NCBI GenBank assembly: GCA_021786385.1
Contig: JAJYNJ010000054.1
Span: forward strand, 12,810-76,809
Direction of reading: 5' to 3'
DNA from: Chloroflexota bacterium
Lineage (GTDB): Bacteria; Chloroflexota; Limnocylindria; Limnocylindrales; CSP1-4
DNA: 64,000 bases
Part shown: positions 1 to 18,666 of the stretch, one piece after another
How the letters are laid out: each line of letters begins with the position of its first letter
Numbering within the stretch: the first letter of the stretch is position 1
Made by a program: the position numbers and the translations under genes
The notes under the pieces: model-generated
Told to the model about the DNA's origin: nothing
The model's input: only the letters and a program-made list of their open reading frames with translations
Database searches by the model: none

Positions 1-476
1 TCCCGGTGGACGACCTTCCGGGCGCTCTGGCCGATCTGCGTGCGCGGGGGCTGCACCTCGTGGGGGCCGACGCGGACGCGCCGCTTTCGTACCGCGACGC
101 CGATCTGCGGGGCCCGCTCGCGCTCGTCGTCGGCAGCGAAGGGAAGGGGATGACCGGGCCGGTGCGCCGACGCCTCGAATTGGCGGTGCGGATCCCGATG
201 CGGGGTCACGTCGGGTCGCTCAACGCCGCCGTGGCCGGGTCGGTGCTGCTCTTCGAGGCCGCCGCGCAGCGGCCCGTCCCGCGACCACTCGCGGCAGCAC
301 CGCCCGTCCTGTCGCCGGAGGGCCCACCCGCGGACGAGCGGCGCGACGCCGGTGACGAGGGATCACGCGACGACGCGCGGCCGCGCCCCGCAGCGGCACC
401 GCCGGAACCACCGAGCCGCGCAGCGGATCGATCGGTTGAGCCCGACCCGGGCGACCTGCTGCTGCCGGACCGGTGA
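1..476 (+). CDS. rlmB: 23S rRNA Gm2251 methyltransferase (SpoU/TrmH family), 5'-partial, with Pro-rich tail
   Basis: SPOUT motifs LVVGSEGKG and IPMRGHVGSLNAAVA; open from the window edge. Confidence 0.85.
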   Translation, partial: PVDDLPGALADLRARGLHLVGADADAPLSYRDADLRGPLALVVGSEGKGMTGPVRRRLELAVRIPMRGHVGSLNAAVAGSVLLFEAAAQRPVPRPLAAAPPVLSPEGPPADERRDAGDEGSRDDARPRPAAAPPEPPSRAADRSVEPDPGDLLLPDR

Positions 477-571
477 CGCCGCAGATGGGAGGGCTGAACC
501 GCCGGATGCGCGAGCGGTGGCGGGCGAGCGGCGTCACGAACGGGGCCTCGGCAGGGCGACGCGGTGTATGC

Positions 572-601
572 TTGACCCTCTCCGGCGGCCGCCGGTACCA
601 T
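572..601 (+). promoter_or_regulatory. sigma70-type promoter for the tRNA-tuf operon
   Basis: TTGACC (572-577), 18 nt, TACCAT (596-601), ~46 nt upstream of tRNA-Thr. Confidence 0.6.
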
Positions 602-647
602 ACGCGTTGCGGGCGGAGCCTTCCTGCGGTAGATTCCTGCCTCGCGT

Positions 648-723
648 GCCGACGTAGCTCAATTGGCAGAGCGGCGGTTTTGTAAACCGCGGGTTCCGGG
701 TTCGAGTCCCGTCGTCGGCTCCA
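648..723 (+). tRNA. tRNA-Thr(UGU)
   Basis: Cloverleaf GCCGACG/CGTCGGC, anticodon arm GCGGT-TTTGTAA-ACCGC, TTCGA loop, encoded CCA. Confidence 0.97.
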
Positions 724-792
724 TTCGAAGAGGAGCACTGCGTTCGACCTCTTCACCACGCCGGGGAAGCTCCCGGGAACGCAGTCGACCGT

Positions 793-877
793 GGGTAGGT
801 TGAGCAGGTGGTGAGCTCAGCTGACTGTAAATCAGCCGCCTTCGGCTGTAGAGGTTCGATTCCTCTCCTGCCCACCA
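793..877 (+). tRNA. tRNA-Tyr(GUA)
   Basis: GGGTAGG/CCTGCCC acceptor, GCTGA-CTGTAAA-TCAGC, long variable arm, A73, CCA. Confidence 0.96.
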
Positions 878-893
878 GCCATTCTCCCTGCGG

Positions 894-969
894 GCCCACA
901 TAGCTCAGTCGGCAGAGCACTTCCTTGGTAAGGAAGAGGTCATCGGTTCAAATCCGATTGTGGGCTCCA
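894..969 (+). tRNA. tRNA-Thr(GGU)
   Basis: GCCCACA/TGTGGGC, CTTCC-TTGGTAA-GGAAG, CCA. Confidence 0.97.
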
Positions 970-1020
970 GCCCCATTCTGAGCGGATCGGTCCGCAACCT
1001 GAGGAGTCGATAGCGCCGCG

Positions 1021-2217
<1,197 letters not shown>

Positions 2218-2220
2218 GGC

Positions 2221-2385
2221 ATGGCGAAGGTTGAGAACCGGCCGGTCATCCAGCTCGCCTGCACGGAGTGCAAGGAGCGCACGTACACGACCGAGAAGAA
2301 CAAGAAGAACGACCCGGGGCGCATCGAGCTCCGCAAGTACTGCCCGCGCTGCCGGCGGCACACGCTGCACCGCGAGGCGAAATAG
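2221..2385 (+). CDS. rpmG: 50S ribosomal protein L33 (Zn-binding type)
   Basis: Manual translation [54 protein letters not shown]; not in the ORF track. Confidence 0.97.
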   Translation: MAKVENRPVIQLACTECKERTYTTEKNKKNDPGRIELRKYCPRCRRHTLHREAK

Positions 2386-2397
2386 GGGGATCGGCAC

Positions 2398-2473
2398 AGG
2401 CGCGTAGCTCAATTGGTAGAGCTCTGGTCTCCAAAACCAGTGGTTGTCGGTTCGAGTCCGGCCGCGCCTGCCA
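2398..2473 (+). tRNA. tRNA-Trp(CCA)
   Basis: AGGCGCG/CGCGCCT, CTGGT-CTCCAAA-ACCAG, CCA; usual position before secE. Confidence 0.97.
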
Positions 2474-2499
2474 CGTTCGCCCAGAGATCGAGAGGGACA

Positions 2500-2691
2500 T
2501 TGCCGCCCGTGGACCGCATCCGACGCTTCATCGACGAAGCGTGGTCCGAATTGAAGAAAGTCACCTGGCCGACGCGCGAGCAGACACGCAACCTCACCGT
2601 GCTCGTGTTGGTGATCAGCGCCGCGATCGGCCTCTACATCACCGTGTTCGACGTCCTGTTCGCGCAGGTCGTCCAGTTCCTGACCGCGTGA
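2500..2691 (+). CDS. secE: Preprotein translocase subunit SecE (start TTG 2500 or GTG 2509)
   Basis: ELKKVTWPT motif plus a single TM helix; synteny. Confidence 0.93.
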   Translation: MPPVDRIRRFIDEAWSELKKVTWPTREQTRNLTVLVLVISAAIGLYITVFDVLFAQVVQFLTA

Positions 2692-2693
2692 CC

Positions 2694-3263
2694 ATGTCCG
2701 GCTCCGACGCGCCCGTCCGTCCCGAGAAACACTGGTACGTGATCCACACGTACTCGGGCTACGAGAACAAAGTGAAAGCCAACCTCGAGCACCGCATCGA
2801 GTCGATGGGCATGGAGGATCGGATCTTCCAAGTGCTCGTCCCGATGGAGGACGAGATCGAGATTCGTCAGGGGCAGCGCCACACGGTCCAGAAGAAGGTC
2901 TATCCGGGCTACGTCCTAGTGGAGATGATCCTCGACCCCGAGTCCTGGTTCGTGGTCCGCAACACGCCCGGCGTGACGAGCTTCGTGGGGGGCGGCAACA
3001 TCCCGGGGACTCGCAGCGAACCCGTCCCCCTCGCCGAGCACGAGGTCAAACAGATCCTGCGGCAGATGGGCGTGGAGGCGCCCAAGTACCGCGTCGCATT
3101 CACCAAGGGCCAGAGCGTGCGCGTCACGGACGGCCCCTTCGCCGAGTTCATCGGGACGGTGGACGAGGTCAACCCCGAGCGGAACAAGGTCAAGGTGCTC
3201 GTGAGCATCTTCGGCCGCGAGACGCCGGTCGAGCTCGACTTCCTCCAAGTCGAGAAGCTCTAA
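2694..3263 (+). CDS. nusG: Transcription termination/antitermination factor NusG
   Basis: [39 protein letters not shown]; start ATG 2694. Confidence 0.98.
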   Translation: MSGSDAPVRPEKHWYVIHTYSGYENKVKANLEHRIESMGMEDRIFQVLVPMEDEIEIRQGQRHTVQKKVYPGYVLVEMILDPESWFVVRNTPGVTSFVGGGNIPGTRSEPVPLAEHEVKQILRQMGVEAPKYRVAFTKGQSVRVTDGPFAEFIGTVDEVNPERNKVKVLVSIFGRETPVELDFLQVEKL

Positions 3264-3281
3264 CCGAGAGGCAGCGAGTCC

Positions 3282-3704
3282 GTGGCCAAGAAGATCCGAG
3301 TCGTGCTGACCCTGCAGCTGCCCGCCGGCAAGGCGACGCCTGCGCCGCCGGTGGGGACGGCGCTCGGCCCGCACATCAACGTGGTCGAATTCTGCAAGTC
3401 CTACAACGAGAAGACGGCTGGCCAGGTCGGGCAGGTCATCCCGGCGCAGATCACGGTCTACGAGGACCGCTCCTTCACGTTCGTCCTCAAGACGCCGCCC
3501 GCCGCCAACCTGCTGCGTAAGGCCGCCGGCATCGAGCATGGCTCGGCCACGCCGGGGCGAACCCCGGCCGGTACGGTGACGCGGGCCCAGGTCCGGGAGA
3601 TCGCGCAGACCAAGTTGGTCGACCTCAACGCCAGCGACCTCGACGCGGCGACCCGCATGATCGAGGGGACGGCGCGCTCGATGGGCATCGAGGTCGTCGA
3701 CTAG
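3282..3704 (+). CDS. rplK: 50S ribosomal protein L11
   Basis: [23 protein letters not shown]. Confidence 0.98.
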   Translation: MAKKIRVVLTLQLPAGKATPAPPVGTALGPHINVVEFCKSYNEKTAGQVGQVIPAQITVYEDRSFTFVLKTPPAANLLRKAAGIEHGSATPGRTPAGTVTRAQVREIAQTKLVDLNASDLDAATRMIEGTARSMGIEVVD

Positions 3705-3816
3705 CCGACACACGACGGCGCCTGGGTCCCGGCCGGAGACCCCGCGCGGAGTTGGATCCGGCCCGTCGACCCCGCGTCGAGAGGGGAGGCCGCGGAGGCG
3801 GCCGAGAAGGAGCGAG

Positions 3817-4527
3817 ATGGCACCGCACGGCAAGAAATACCTGGAGGCCGCCAAGCTCGTCGAGCGCGAGCGGCTGTACCCGCCGGCCGAGGCGGCCGCG
3901 CTGTTGAAGCAGACCTCGGTCGTGGCGTTCGATGCGACCGCCGAGGTCCACATCCGCCTTGGCGTCGACCCGCGCCACGCCGACCAGATGGTGCGCGGGA
4001 CGGTCGTGCTGCCCCATGGAACCGGGCGCCAGGTGCGCGTCCTGGTCTTCGCCCAGGGCGAGAAGGCGCGTGAGGCGTCCGAGGCCGGGGCCGACATCGT
4101 CGGGGGCGAGGAGCTGGTCAAGAAGATCGAGTCGGGCTGGCTCGAGTTCGACGTTGCGCTTGCGACACCCGACATGATGGGCATGGTGGGGCGGCTCGGG
4201 AAGATCCTGGGCCGGCGCGGCCTGATGCCGAACCCGAAGTCGGGGACGATCACGTTCGACCTGGCACGCGCCATCCGCGAGGTCAAGGCGGGGCGCGTCG
4301 AGTTCAAGGTCGACAAGGGCGGGATCATCCACGCCCGTTTCGGCAAGACCTCGTTCCCCGAAGAGCAGCTCGTCGAGAACCTGGCCACGCTCGTCGACGC
4401 CGTGAACCGTGCCAAGCCCGCCGCGGCCAAGGGGCAGTACTTCCGCGGCCTCACGGTGGCCTCGACGATGGGGCCGGGGATCCGCGTCGATGTGCCCGCG
4501 CTGCTGGCGGCGGCTGCCCAGGGGTAA
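3817..4527 (+). CDS. rplA: 50S ribosomal protein L1
   Basis: [22 protein letters not shown]. Confidence 0.98.
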   Translation: MAPHGKKYLEAAKLVERERLYPPAEAAALLKQTSVVAFDATAEVHIRLGVDPRHADQMVRGTVVLPHGTGRQVRVLVFAQGEKAREASEAGADIVGGEELVKKIESGWLEFDVALATPDMMGMVGRLGKILGRRGLMPNPKSGTITFDLARAIREVKAGRVEFKVDKGGIIHARFGKTSFPEEQLVENLATLVDAVNRAKPAAAKGQYFRGLTVASTMGPGIRVDVPALLAAAAQG

Positions 4528-4634
4528 GCCGCGGCGCGCAGCCCGCGGGCCGCGGCATGGTGCGCTGGCCGACCACCGCGCACGATACGAGCGGCGCCGG
4601 CATCGCCGGGCGTCGCAGCCAATCGAAGACCGTT

Positions 4635-4730
4635 CCGCCGGAGACAGCGGGCGTCCGCCCCGAGAGGGGTGGCTGAAATCGTGGGACCTCCCGGGCCTCG
4701 GCCCGGGAACCTACGGGCACGCCGAGGCGA
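4635..4730 (+). ncRNA. L10 leader (rplJL autoregulatory RNA)
   Basis: GCCGGAGACAGCGGG...hairpins...GCCGAGG upstream of rplJ, resembling the L10_leader pattern; boundaries approximate. Confidence 0.7.
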
Positions 4731-4827
4731 GCTCATCGTTCGGGTCCACTGCCCGGGCGCGTGCGCCCCTCGCGGAACGACGCAAGGGGCGCCTGGGTAC
4801 CAGGCGTCCGACAGGAAAGGAGGGCCC

Positions 4828-5364
4828 ATGCCCACCGAGGCCAAGCGGGCGACCGTGGCGGCGCTCACCGAGGCGTTCTCGGCGGCGTCGACGTCGATCG
4901 TCACCGACTACCGAGGCCTCAGCGTTGCCGACCTGGCCGCCATCCGTCGCGCGCTGCGTCCGCAGGGCGTGACATACCGCGTCGTCAAGAACCGCCTCGC
5001 GAAGATCGCCGCGGAGCAGGCGGGGAGGCCTGAGCTCGGGTCGCTCCTCGACGGGCCCAGCGCGATCGCGCTCGGCTCGGGCGACGAGGTCGCCGTGGCG
5101 CGGGCGCTGCTCGACGCGATCCGCCCCTACCGCAACCTGAAGGTGCGCGGGGCGGTGCTGCGGCAGCGGCGCATCGGTGCCGACGACGTGACCCGGCTCG
5201 CCACGTTGCCCGGGCGCGAGCAGCTGCTGAGCCAGTTGGCCGGCGCCGTCGGTTCCCCGTTGACGACGTTGGCGAGCCTGCTCGCCGCGCCGCTGCGGAA
5301 CCTGGGCTATGCCCTGCGGCAACTGCAGGAGCAGCGCGCCAGCGAAACGGGCGAGGCCGCCTGA
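4828..5364 (+). CDS. rplJ: 50S ribosomal protein L10
   Basis: [19 protein letters not shown]; AGGAGG SD before ATG 4828. Confidence 0.97.
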   Translation: MPTEAKRATVAALTEAFSAASTSIVTDYRGLSVADLAAIRRALRPQGVTYRVVKNRLAKIAAEQAGRPELGSLLDGPSAIALGSGDEVAVARALLDAIRPYRNLKVRGAVLRQRRIGADDVTRLATLPGREQLLSQLAGAVGSPLTTLASLLAAPLRNLGYALRQLQEQRASETGEAA

Positions 5365-5431
5365 CGGCGGTTCCGGCGCCCGATCCGGAACGGACCAACT
5401 TCATCACGACACGAACGGAGCGTACGCACAG

Positions 5432-5821
5432 ATGGGACTGACCCAGGAGCAGATCCTCGAGGCGATCGACGGGATGACCGTCCTCGAGCTGTCGGAGTTC
5501 ATCAAGAAGTTCGAGGAGCGCTACGGCGTGAGCGCCGCGGCGCCGGTGGCGGTGGCCGCCGCCCCGGCTGCCGGCGTCCCCGCGGCCCAGGCGGCCCCCG
5601 AAGAAGAGCAGACCGAGTTCACCGCGATCCTGAGCGCCGTCGGGCCGAACAAGATCCCGGTGATCAAGGTCGTGCGTGAGCTGACCGGCCTCGGCCTCAA
5701 GGAGGCCAAGGACCTGGTGGACAACGCGCCCAAGCCGGTCAAGGAGGCCGTCTCCCGCGAGGAGGCCGAGAAGATCAAGGCCGCCCTTGCCGAGCAGGGC
5801 GCGACCGTCGAGATCAAGTAG
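5432..5821 (+). CDS. rplL: 50S ribosomal protein L7/L12
   Basis: [28 protein letters not shown]. Confidence 0.98.
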   Translation: MGLTQEQILEAIDGMTVLELSEFIKKFEERYGVSAAAPVAVAAAPAAGVPAAQAAPEEEQTEFTAILSAVGPNKIPVIKVVRELTGLGLKEAKDLVDNAPKPVKEAVSREEAEKIKAALAEQGATVEIK

Positions 5822-5918
5822 CCGGGCATGCCCCGCGGGCCGCGGGGGTCGGGCGAGCGGACGCGGGGTCCCGGCGGGGCCCCGCTCTCTCCGCGCTCGT
5901 GCGCTGCGGACCCGGTGT

Positions 5919-5946
5919 TTGACACGACCGCCGCGTGTGATATGCT
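5919..5946 (+). promoter_or_regulatory. sigma70-type promoter for rpoBC
   Basis: TTGACA (5919-5924), 16 nt, extended -10 TGaTATGCT. Confidence 0.65.
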
Positions 5947-6004
5947 AGGCCGTCTGTGAGCGCGGCCCCCCTGTCATCTCTTCTCCTCCGTCAAGGAGCG
6001 ATTC

Positions 6005-9502
<3,498 letters not shown>

Positions 9503-9607
9503 GCACCCGCACACCACGCGGCGCCGGCCTTTCGGCCGGGGGCGGCGCCGCTCGCCGATGGTCCCGGATCGCGTCTCGGAGGGGCCCCCGAGACGCGGAG
9601 GAGAACG

Positions 9608-14167
<4,560 letters not shown>

Positions 14168-14341
14168 ACCGTGCGCCGGGCCGCCGTGCGGCCGGACCGG
14201 CGCGTCGACTCCCGTCTCGGCGGCCGTCGCCACGGTGCGCACGGGCGGGTCGGGCGTGTGGCCCGACCGTTCGTCGCGTGGTCCGGCCGCCGGCGGGGGC
14301 CCTTGCGGCAGGCACCACCACGTCGATAGATTCGCGAGCCA

Positions 14342-15313
14342 ATGGACTCGACGCCGAACCTCTTCACCCGTTGTCCGACCAACCCGATCATCACGCCTGA
14401 CGATCTCCCGTACCCGGTCAACACCGTCTTCAATCCGGGTGCGGCGGTGGTGGATGGCCAAACGGTCCTATTGATGCGCGTCGAGGACCGGCGGGGGATC
14501 TCGCACCTGACGGTCGCCCGCAGCCCGGACGGCGTCGGTGGGTGGGTCATCGACCCGCGCCCCGGCCTGCAGTCGGCGCCGCAGCGCCACCCCGAGGAGG
14601 TCTGGGGGATCGAGGATCCTCGTGTGACCTGGCTGCCCGAACGGCGACAATGGGCGATCGCCTACACGGCCTACAGCCGCCGGGGGCCGCTCGTCTCGCT
14701 CGCGGTGACGCCCGACTTCCGCACCTTCCAGCGGCTCGGACCGGCGATGCCCCCCGACGACAAAGATGCCGCGCTCTTCCCCCGCCGCTTCGGTGGGCGT
14801 TGGGTGTTGATCCACCGACCGATCCCGGTGCGCGGCGACGCGCACATCTGGATCTCCTATTCCCCGGACCTGCGCCACTGGGGCGATCACACGCTGCTCC
14901 TGGAGGCGCGCGAGGGTGCCTGGTGGGACGCGGGCAAGGTCGGACTTGGTCCGCCACCCCTGGAGACACCCGAGGGCTGGCTCATCATGTACCACGGGGT
15001 GCACGTCACCGCATCCGGGTCGCTCTACCGCTTGGGGCTGGCGCTCCTCGACCTCGACGACCCGCGGATCGTCCTGCACCGCAGCGACGAATGGGTCTTC
15101 GGTCCGGCGCAGCCGTACGAGCGGATCGGCGATGTGGTCGGGGTCGTCTTCCCGTGCGGCTGGGTGCACGACCAGGTTTCAGACGAGCTGCGCGTCTACT
15201 ACGGTGCCTCCGACACCGCGATCGGCCTCGCCACGGCCAAACTGCGCGAGGTGCTCGACTACGTGCGGAGCTGTCCGCGGCCGCAGCGCCGGCGCGCCTC
15301 CGACCGTCCCTGA
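14342..15313 (+). CDS. GH130-family beta-mannoside phosphorylase/glycosidase
   Basis: NPII, VFNPGA, GIEDPRV, DKDAALFP, LIHRP, YHGV, VVFPCG (five-bladed propeller GH130 motifs). Confidence 0.85.
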   Translation: MDSTPNLFTRCPTNPIITPDDLPYPVNTVFNPGAAVVDGQTVLLMRVEDRRGISHLTVARSPDGVGGWVIDPRPGLQSAPQRHPEEVWGIEDPRVTWLPERRQWAIAYTAYSRRGPLVSLAVTPDFRTFQRLGPAMPPDDKDAALFPRRFGGRWVLIHRPIPVRGDAHIWISYSPDLRHWGDHTLLLEAREGAWWDAGKVGLGPPPLETPEGWLIMYHGVHVTASGSLYRLGLALLDLDDPRIVLHRSDEWVFGPAQPYERIGDVVGVVFPCGWVHDQVSDELRVYYGASDTAIGLATAKLREVLDYVRSCPRPQRRRASDRP

Positions 15314-15327
15314 GCCGGCTTCCGGCG

Positions 15328-17820
15328 TCACTTCGGAACGGGCGCCGGGAGCTCGTGTCGTGGGGGCAGCGCTGCGCGGCCGTGGGCATCGAGGAGTAGC
15401 GCCGCGGGCTCGCTCCCCGGCGGCGGCGCCGGGCGAAGCCTGAGCGCCCCGCTGCGGAGCGAGCCCTGGAGGTCGCGAAGGCGCTCCACGGCGAGCAGCC
15501 AGCAGAGCGTCGACTCGGCGCCCTGGTTCGTGTTGCGGCCACCGGCGCCGAGGCCGTCGTAGCAGCCACCGGTCCGGGGATCGGCGACCGGCACGCCGAG
15601 ATCGTTGGCGCCCACGAACCAGTCGTAGGCGCGCGCCGCCAGCTCGATCCAGACTGGGTCACCGGTCGCGTCGACCGCCGCCGCGGCCGCCTCGAGCAGC
15701 GCAGTGGCCTCGATCGGCTGCTGGTCGAAGCGGGCCGGGCGTGTGCCCCGGCGCCACCAGCCCTGGTTCCCGACCGGCACCAGATGTCCGTCGGGCGCGG
15801 TCTGCGTCTCGGCCAGCCAGCGCAGCACGCGGAGCCCGAGGGCGACCCAATCGGGCCGGCCCAGCCGACGCCCGGCCACCATCAGCGCGTGCGGCAGCAC
15901 GGCGTTGTCGTACGTCACGACCGGCTCGGGCCAGAGCCACGCACCCGGTCCGACGGACGTGCCGCCCGCGGCAGTCGGGAAGGCGGCCGCGAGCCTGGCC
16001 CCCAGCAGGGCGAGCGTGCGCCGTGTCTGGTGCGCGCCATCGGTGCCGAGCGCCGCGTCACAGCCGAGGATCACGTAGGCCCACGGCCGCAGCGCCCGGA
16101 AACCGTGCGTGGCGGGGAGCGCCGTCCGGAAGAGCCGCAGCGCCGCTTCGCGCAGGCGCGGGTCCGGCGCGGCCGCGATCGCCGTGCCGAGCGCCTGCAC
16201 GGCGCGGCCGTGGCAGTCTTCCGAGCCCACCTCTTCGATCCAGCGTCCGTCGCTCGTGCGGAAGTTGCGGAACCGGCCCAGGTGTGGCTCGAACGCCTCC
16301 TCCAGAAAGGCCATCGAGCGGCGGGCCGAGGCGAGCGTCACGGGATCGGGGGCGACCCAACTATGCCGCAGATCCACCAGCAGAGCCCGCGCCACGTCGT
16401 CTGTGCAGTAGCCGTGGCGCGCGTCGGGCGTCGTTCCCACCGCGTGCTGGACGACACCGATCCCGTCGGAGAGCTCTTCGAGATGACGGCGTGCGACCGC
16501 GGGAACCGGAATGCGGAGCAGCCGCTCCGACGGCGAGGACGGGACGCGGTCCAGGGGGACGCGCGCGGCGAGCACGGGGATCGGCACGGGCAGCCGCCGG
16601 CCCGCCGGCGCGCGCCGCTCGGCGGCCGCCACGTCCGCGAAGATCTGCCGATAGCGCGCTCCGACGGCCTGCCAGATCATCGAGCGGCCGTGCGCGTGGG
16701 CGCGCTGGCGCAGCTCGTCCCGGGCGGCATGGTCGGTCAGTAGGCGGCCCAGCTCGTCAGCCAGGGCGGCGGCGTCGTCCACCGGAACGAGGACCCCCCG
16801 ACCGTCCGCCAACAGCTCGAGCGCGTGTTCGTACGGGGTCGAGATGATCGCCTTGCCCGCGGCGAGCGCGTACGAGAGCGTCCCCGATGCGATCTGCTCG
16901 ACGCTGCCATACGCGGTGACGAAGATGTCACTGGCCTGGAGCCAGGCGATCAGTTCCGCTTGGTCCACATAGCGGTCCACGAACCGCACGTGACGCTCGA
17001 GGTCCAGTTGGCGGACGCGCTCGAGCAGCGAGAGGCGGTAGCCCTCGCCGGCGCGGCGCCGCACCTCGGGGTGCGTGGCGCCCACCACCACGAGGCAGAC
17101 GTCGGGCACGCGGTCGACGATGCGGGCCAGGGCGTCCAGCACCAGCTCGATCCGCTTGTTGGGGCTGAGCAGGCCGAACGAGAGGACCACTTGGCGCCCC
17201 GCCAGGCCGAGCCGCGGCTTGATCGTCTCCGGGTCGGCCAGTGGCAGGTCCGGCACGCCATGGGGAACCACGGCGATCCGCCCCGCCGCCACGCCGTAGG
17301 TGGCGTGGAGGATCTCGCGGCCGCGCTCGGTCATGACGACGAGCCGGCTGGCACGGTCGGCCAGCTGGCGCAGCACGGCCCGCTGGCCGTCGCTCGGCCG
17401 CCGCAAGATCGTGTGCAGGGTGGCGACGACCGGGACCTGCAGCTCGTCCAGGAGATCGAGCACGTGCCTGCCGTCCGGCCCGCCGTAGATGCCGTACTCG
17501 TGCTGCAGAGAAACGACCCCCACGCCCGACCTGTTGAGCTCTCGGGCGAGGCGTCGGTACGCCCCGCGGTCGTCCGCGGGCAGGCGCCAGCGGACCTCCG
17601 CGGGGTAGACGAGCGCGTCGCCGTCCGCTTCGAGCGCCGCGACGATCGCCGCGTCGCGGGGCATCGGCGGAGCGGCCTGCGTCACGCCCGCGCGAAGATC
17701 GCGGGTGAACGTGGCGATGCCGCATTGACGCGGCGGATAGGTGGCCACGAACGCGATCGAGGCTCCGTCGCCGCCCAGTGGAGCGGAGACGGGTCCGAAG
17801 GGGCTTCGGACCGGCATCAT
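15328..17820 (-). CDS. GT4 glycosyltransferase fused to a C-terminal (alpha/alpha)6 glycosidase-like domain
   Basis: YPPRQCGIATF, LQHEYGIYG, FGLLSPNK, SGTLSYAL; C-terminal GYCTDDVARAL, FDQQPIEA, NQGAEST; GGAGGT SD before ATG 17820. Confidence 0.85.
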   Translation of the reverse strand: MMPVRSPFGPVSAPLGGDGASIAFVATYPPRQCGIATFTRDLRAGVTQAAPPMPRDAAIVAALEADGDALVYPAEVRWRLPADDRGAYRRLARELNRSGVGVVSLQHEYGIYGGPDGRHVLDLLDELQVPVVATLHTILRRPSDGQRAVLRQLADRASRLVVMTERGREILHATYGVAAGRIAVVPHGVPDLPLADPETIKPRLGLAGRQVVLSFGLLSPNKRIELVLDALARIVDRVPDVCLVVVGATHPEVRRRAGEGYRLSLLERVRQLDLERHVRFVDRYVDQAELIAWLQASDIFVTAYGSVEQIASGTLSYALAAGKAIISTPYEHALELLADGRGVLVPVDDAAALADELGRLLTDHAARDELRQRAHAHGRSMIWQAVGARYRQIFADVAAAERRAPAGRRLPVPIPVLAARVPLDRVPSSPSERLLRIPVPAVARRHLEELSDGIGVVQHAVGTTPDARHGYCTDDVARALLVDLRHSWVAPDPVTLASARRSMAFLEEAFEPHLGRFRNFRTSDGRWIEEVGSEDCHGRAVQALGTAIAAAPDPRLREAALRLFRTALPATHGFRALRPWAYVILGCDAALGTDGAHQTRRTLALLGARLAAAFPTAAGGTSVGPGAWLWPEPVVTYDNAVLPHALMVAGRRLGRPDWVALGLRVLRWLAETQTAPDGHLVPVGNQGWWRRGTRPARFDQQPIEATALLEAAAAAVDATGDPVWIELAARAYDWFVGANDLGVPVADPRTGGCYDGLGAGGRNTNQGAESTLCWLLAVERLRDLQGSLRSGALRLRPAPPPGSEPAALLLDAHGRAALPPRHELPAPVPK

Positions 17821-18198
17821 CACGCACCTCCCTGTTCTTCCTCCGGGCCGCGCGGCGCAAGGGCCGTGTGCCTGACCCGCCGGTGGCGAGTGGGTCAGCT
17901 GACCGTGCCCGATCACGCCTCGGGCGAGCCCGGCGTGTGGGAGCGTGCGGACGCTCCGCGGTCAGGCGCCTTACGGTCGGGTCGGCCTGGGCGGCACACG
18001 CCGGCATGCCTGAGCCGAACGCGTCGTGAGCGTGGCCCGCTTCGACGTCTGGCCGCAGGGGCGCCAGGGACCCGTAGATCGCGGGCACCCTGGGAGCACC
18101 GGGCTCCACCGCCGCAGCGCCACCCTGGACCTGCATTCCTCCGTCCAGGGTCGCGGCGCAACCGACCGCGCTGTGCGCCGGCGGCCTCGCGTGCGCCC

Positions 18199-18228
18199 TA
18201 TATACGCCCCTGATACAGTCCATGTCAA
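18199..18228 (-). promoter_or_regulatory. Putative promoter for the GT4 gene
   Basis: Minus strand TTGACA, 18 nt, TATATA (imperfect -10). Confidence 0.45.
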
Positions 18229-18295
18229 GGCTGCCGAGCGCCCGCTGCCGAGCGCCCGCGTCTTGCGCCCGTGCGCGACGCGCGTGTCGCGTTCG

Positions 18296-18324
18296 TTGAC
18301 ACCCCCGGAGGGCGCTGGTAGACT
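18296..18324 (+). promoter_or_regulatory. sigma70-type promoter for the str operon
   Basis: TTGACA, 17 nt, extended -10 TGgTAGACT. Confidence 0.65.
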
Positions 18325-18666
18325 GCGCCTTCGTGGCCGCGAGCCGGCCAGTTCCGCCGTGCATCGGCGGACCGACGGCACGCGGTCTCGCGGGACCGCA
18401 CGAGCTCGACGGACACCGGTCCGGACGAGCCACGTGACGCCCGCGGCCGGTATCGCGCCGCCCATCCGCGGCCAGGGCCGGCGGCACCTGCGATGGCCGC
18501 TGGCCATCCTCAGGGGGAGCCGAACGGCATACCGCCTGCCGATGCGGCAGGGACGGCGTGCCGACGGCCGGCACGGCCACCGTGGGCGATCCTCCCGGAT
18601 GCCCGATGATGGCGAGCAGTCCGGCCACCAGAATCGACAACGTCCCAGGAAGGAGTCCGCGTCTCC

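Noticed and set aside
648-969. tRNA cluster as an integration site, and missing tRNA-Gly relative to E. coli thrU-tyrU-glyT-thrT
   Set aside because: No integrase or duplicated tRNA 3' end seen; cluster composition varies widely among bacteria
3705-3816. Possible L1-binding leader between rplK and rplA (GGGAG plus GGCCGC/GCGGCC hairpin)
   Set aside because: Could not match both strands of the L1 internal loop by eye; needs a covariance model
9519-9552. GC hairpins after rpoB and rplL as intrinsic terminators
   Set aside because: No U-tract follows, and hairpins are frequent at this GC content
17890-18145. Resemblance to the c-di-AMP (ydaO) riboswitch (GGAGGAA and GUCAGCUGACC on the minus strand)
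   Set aside because: The elements are ~240 nt apart and the GCUGAAUCC and GGGGUGAAUC cores are missing; kept only as an unknown structured RNA
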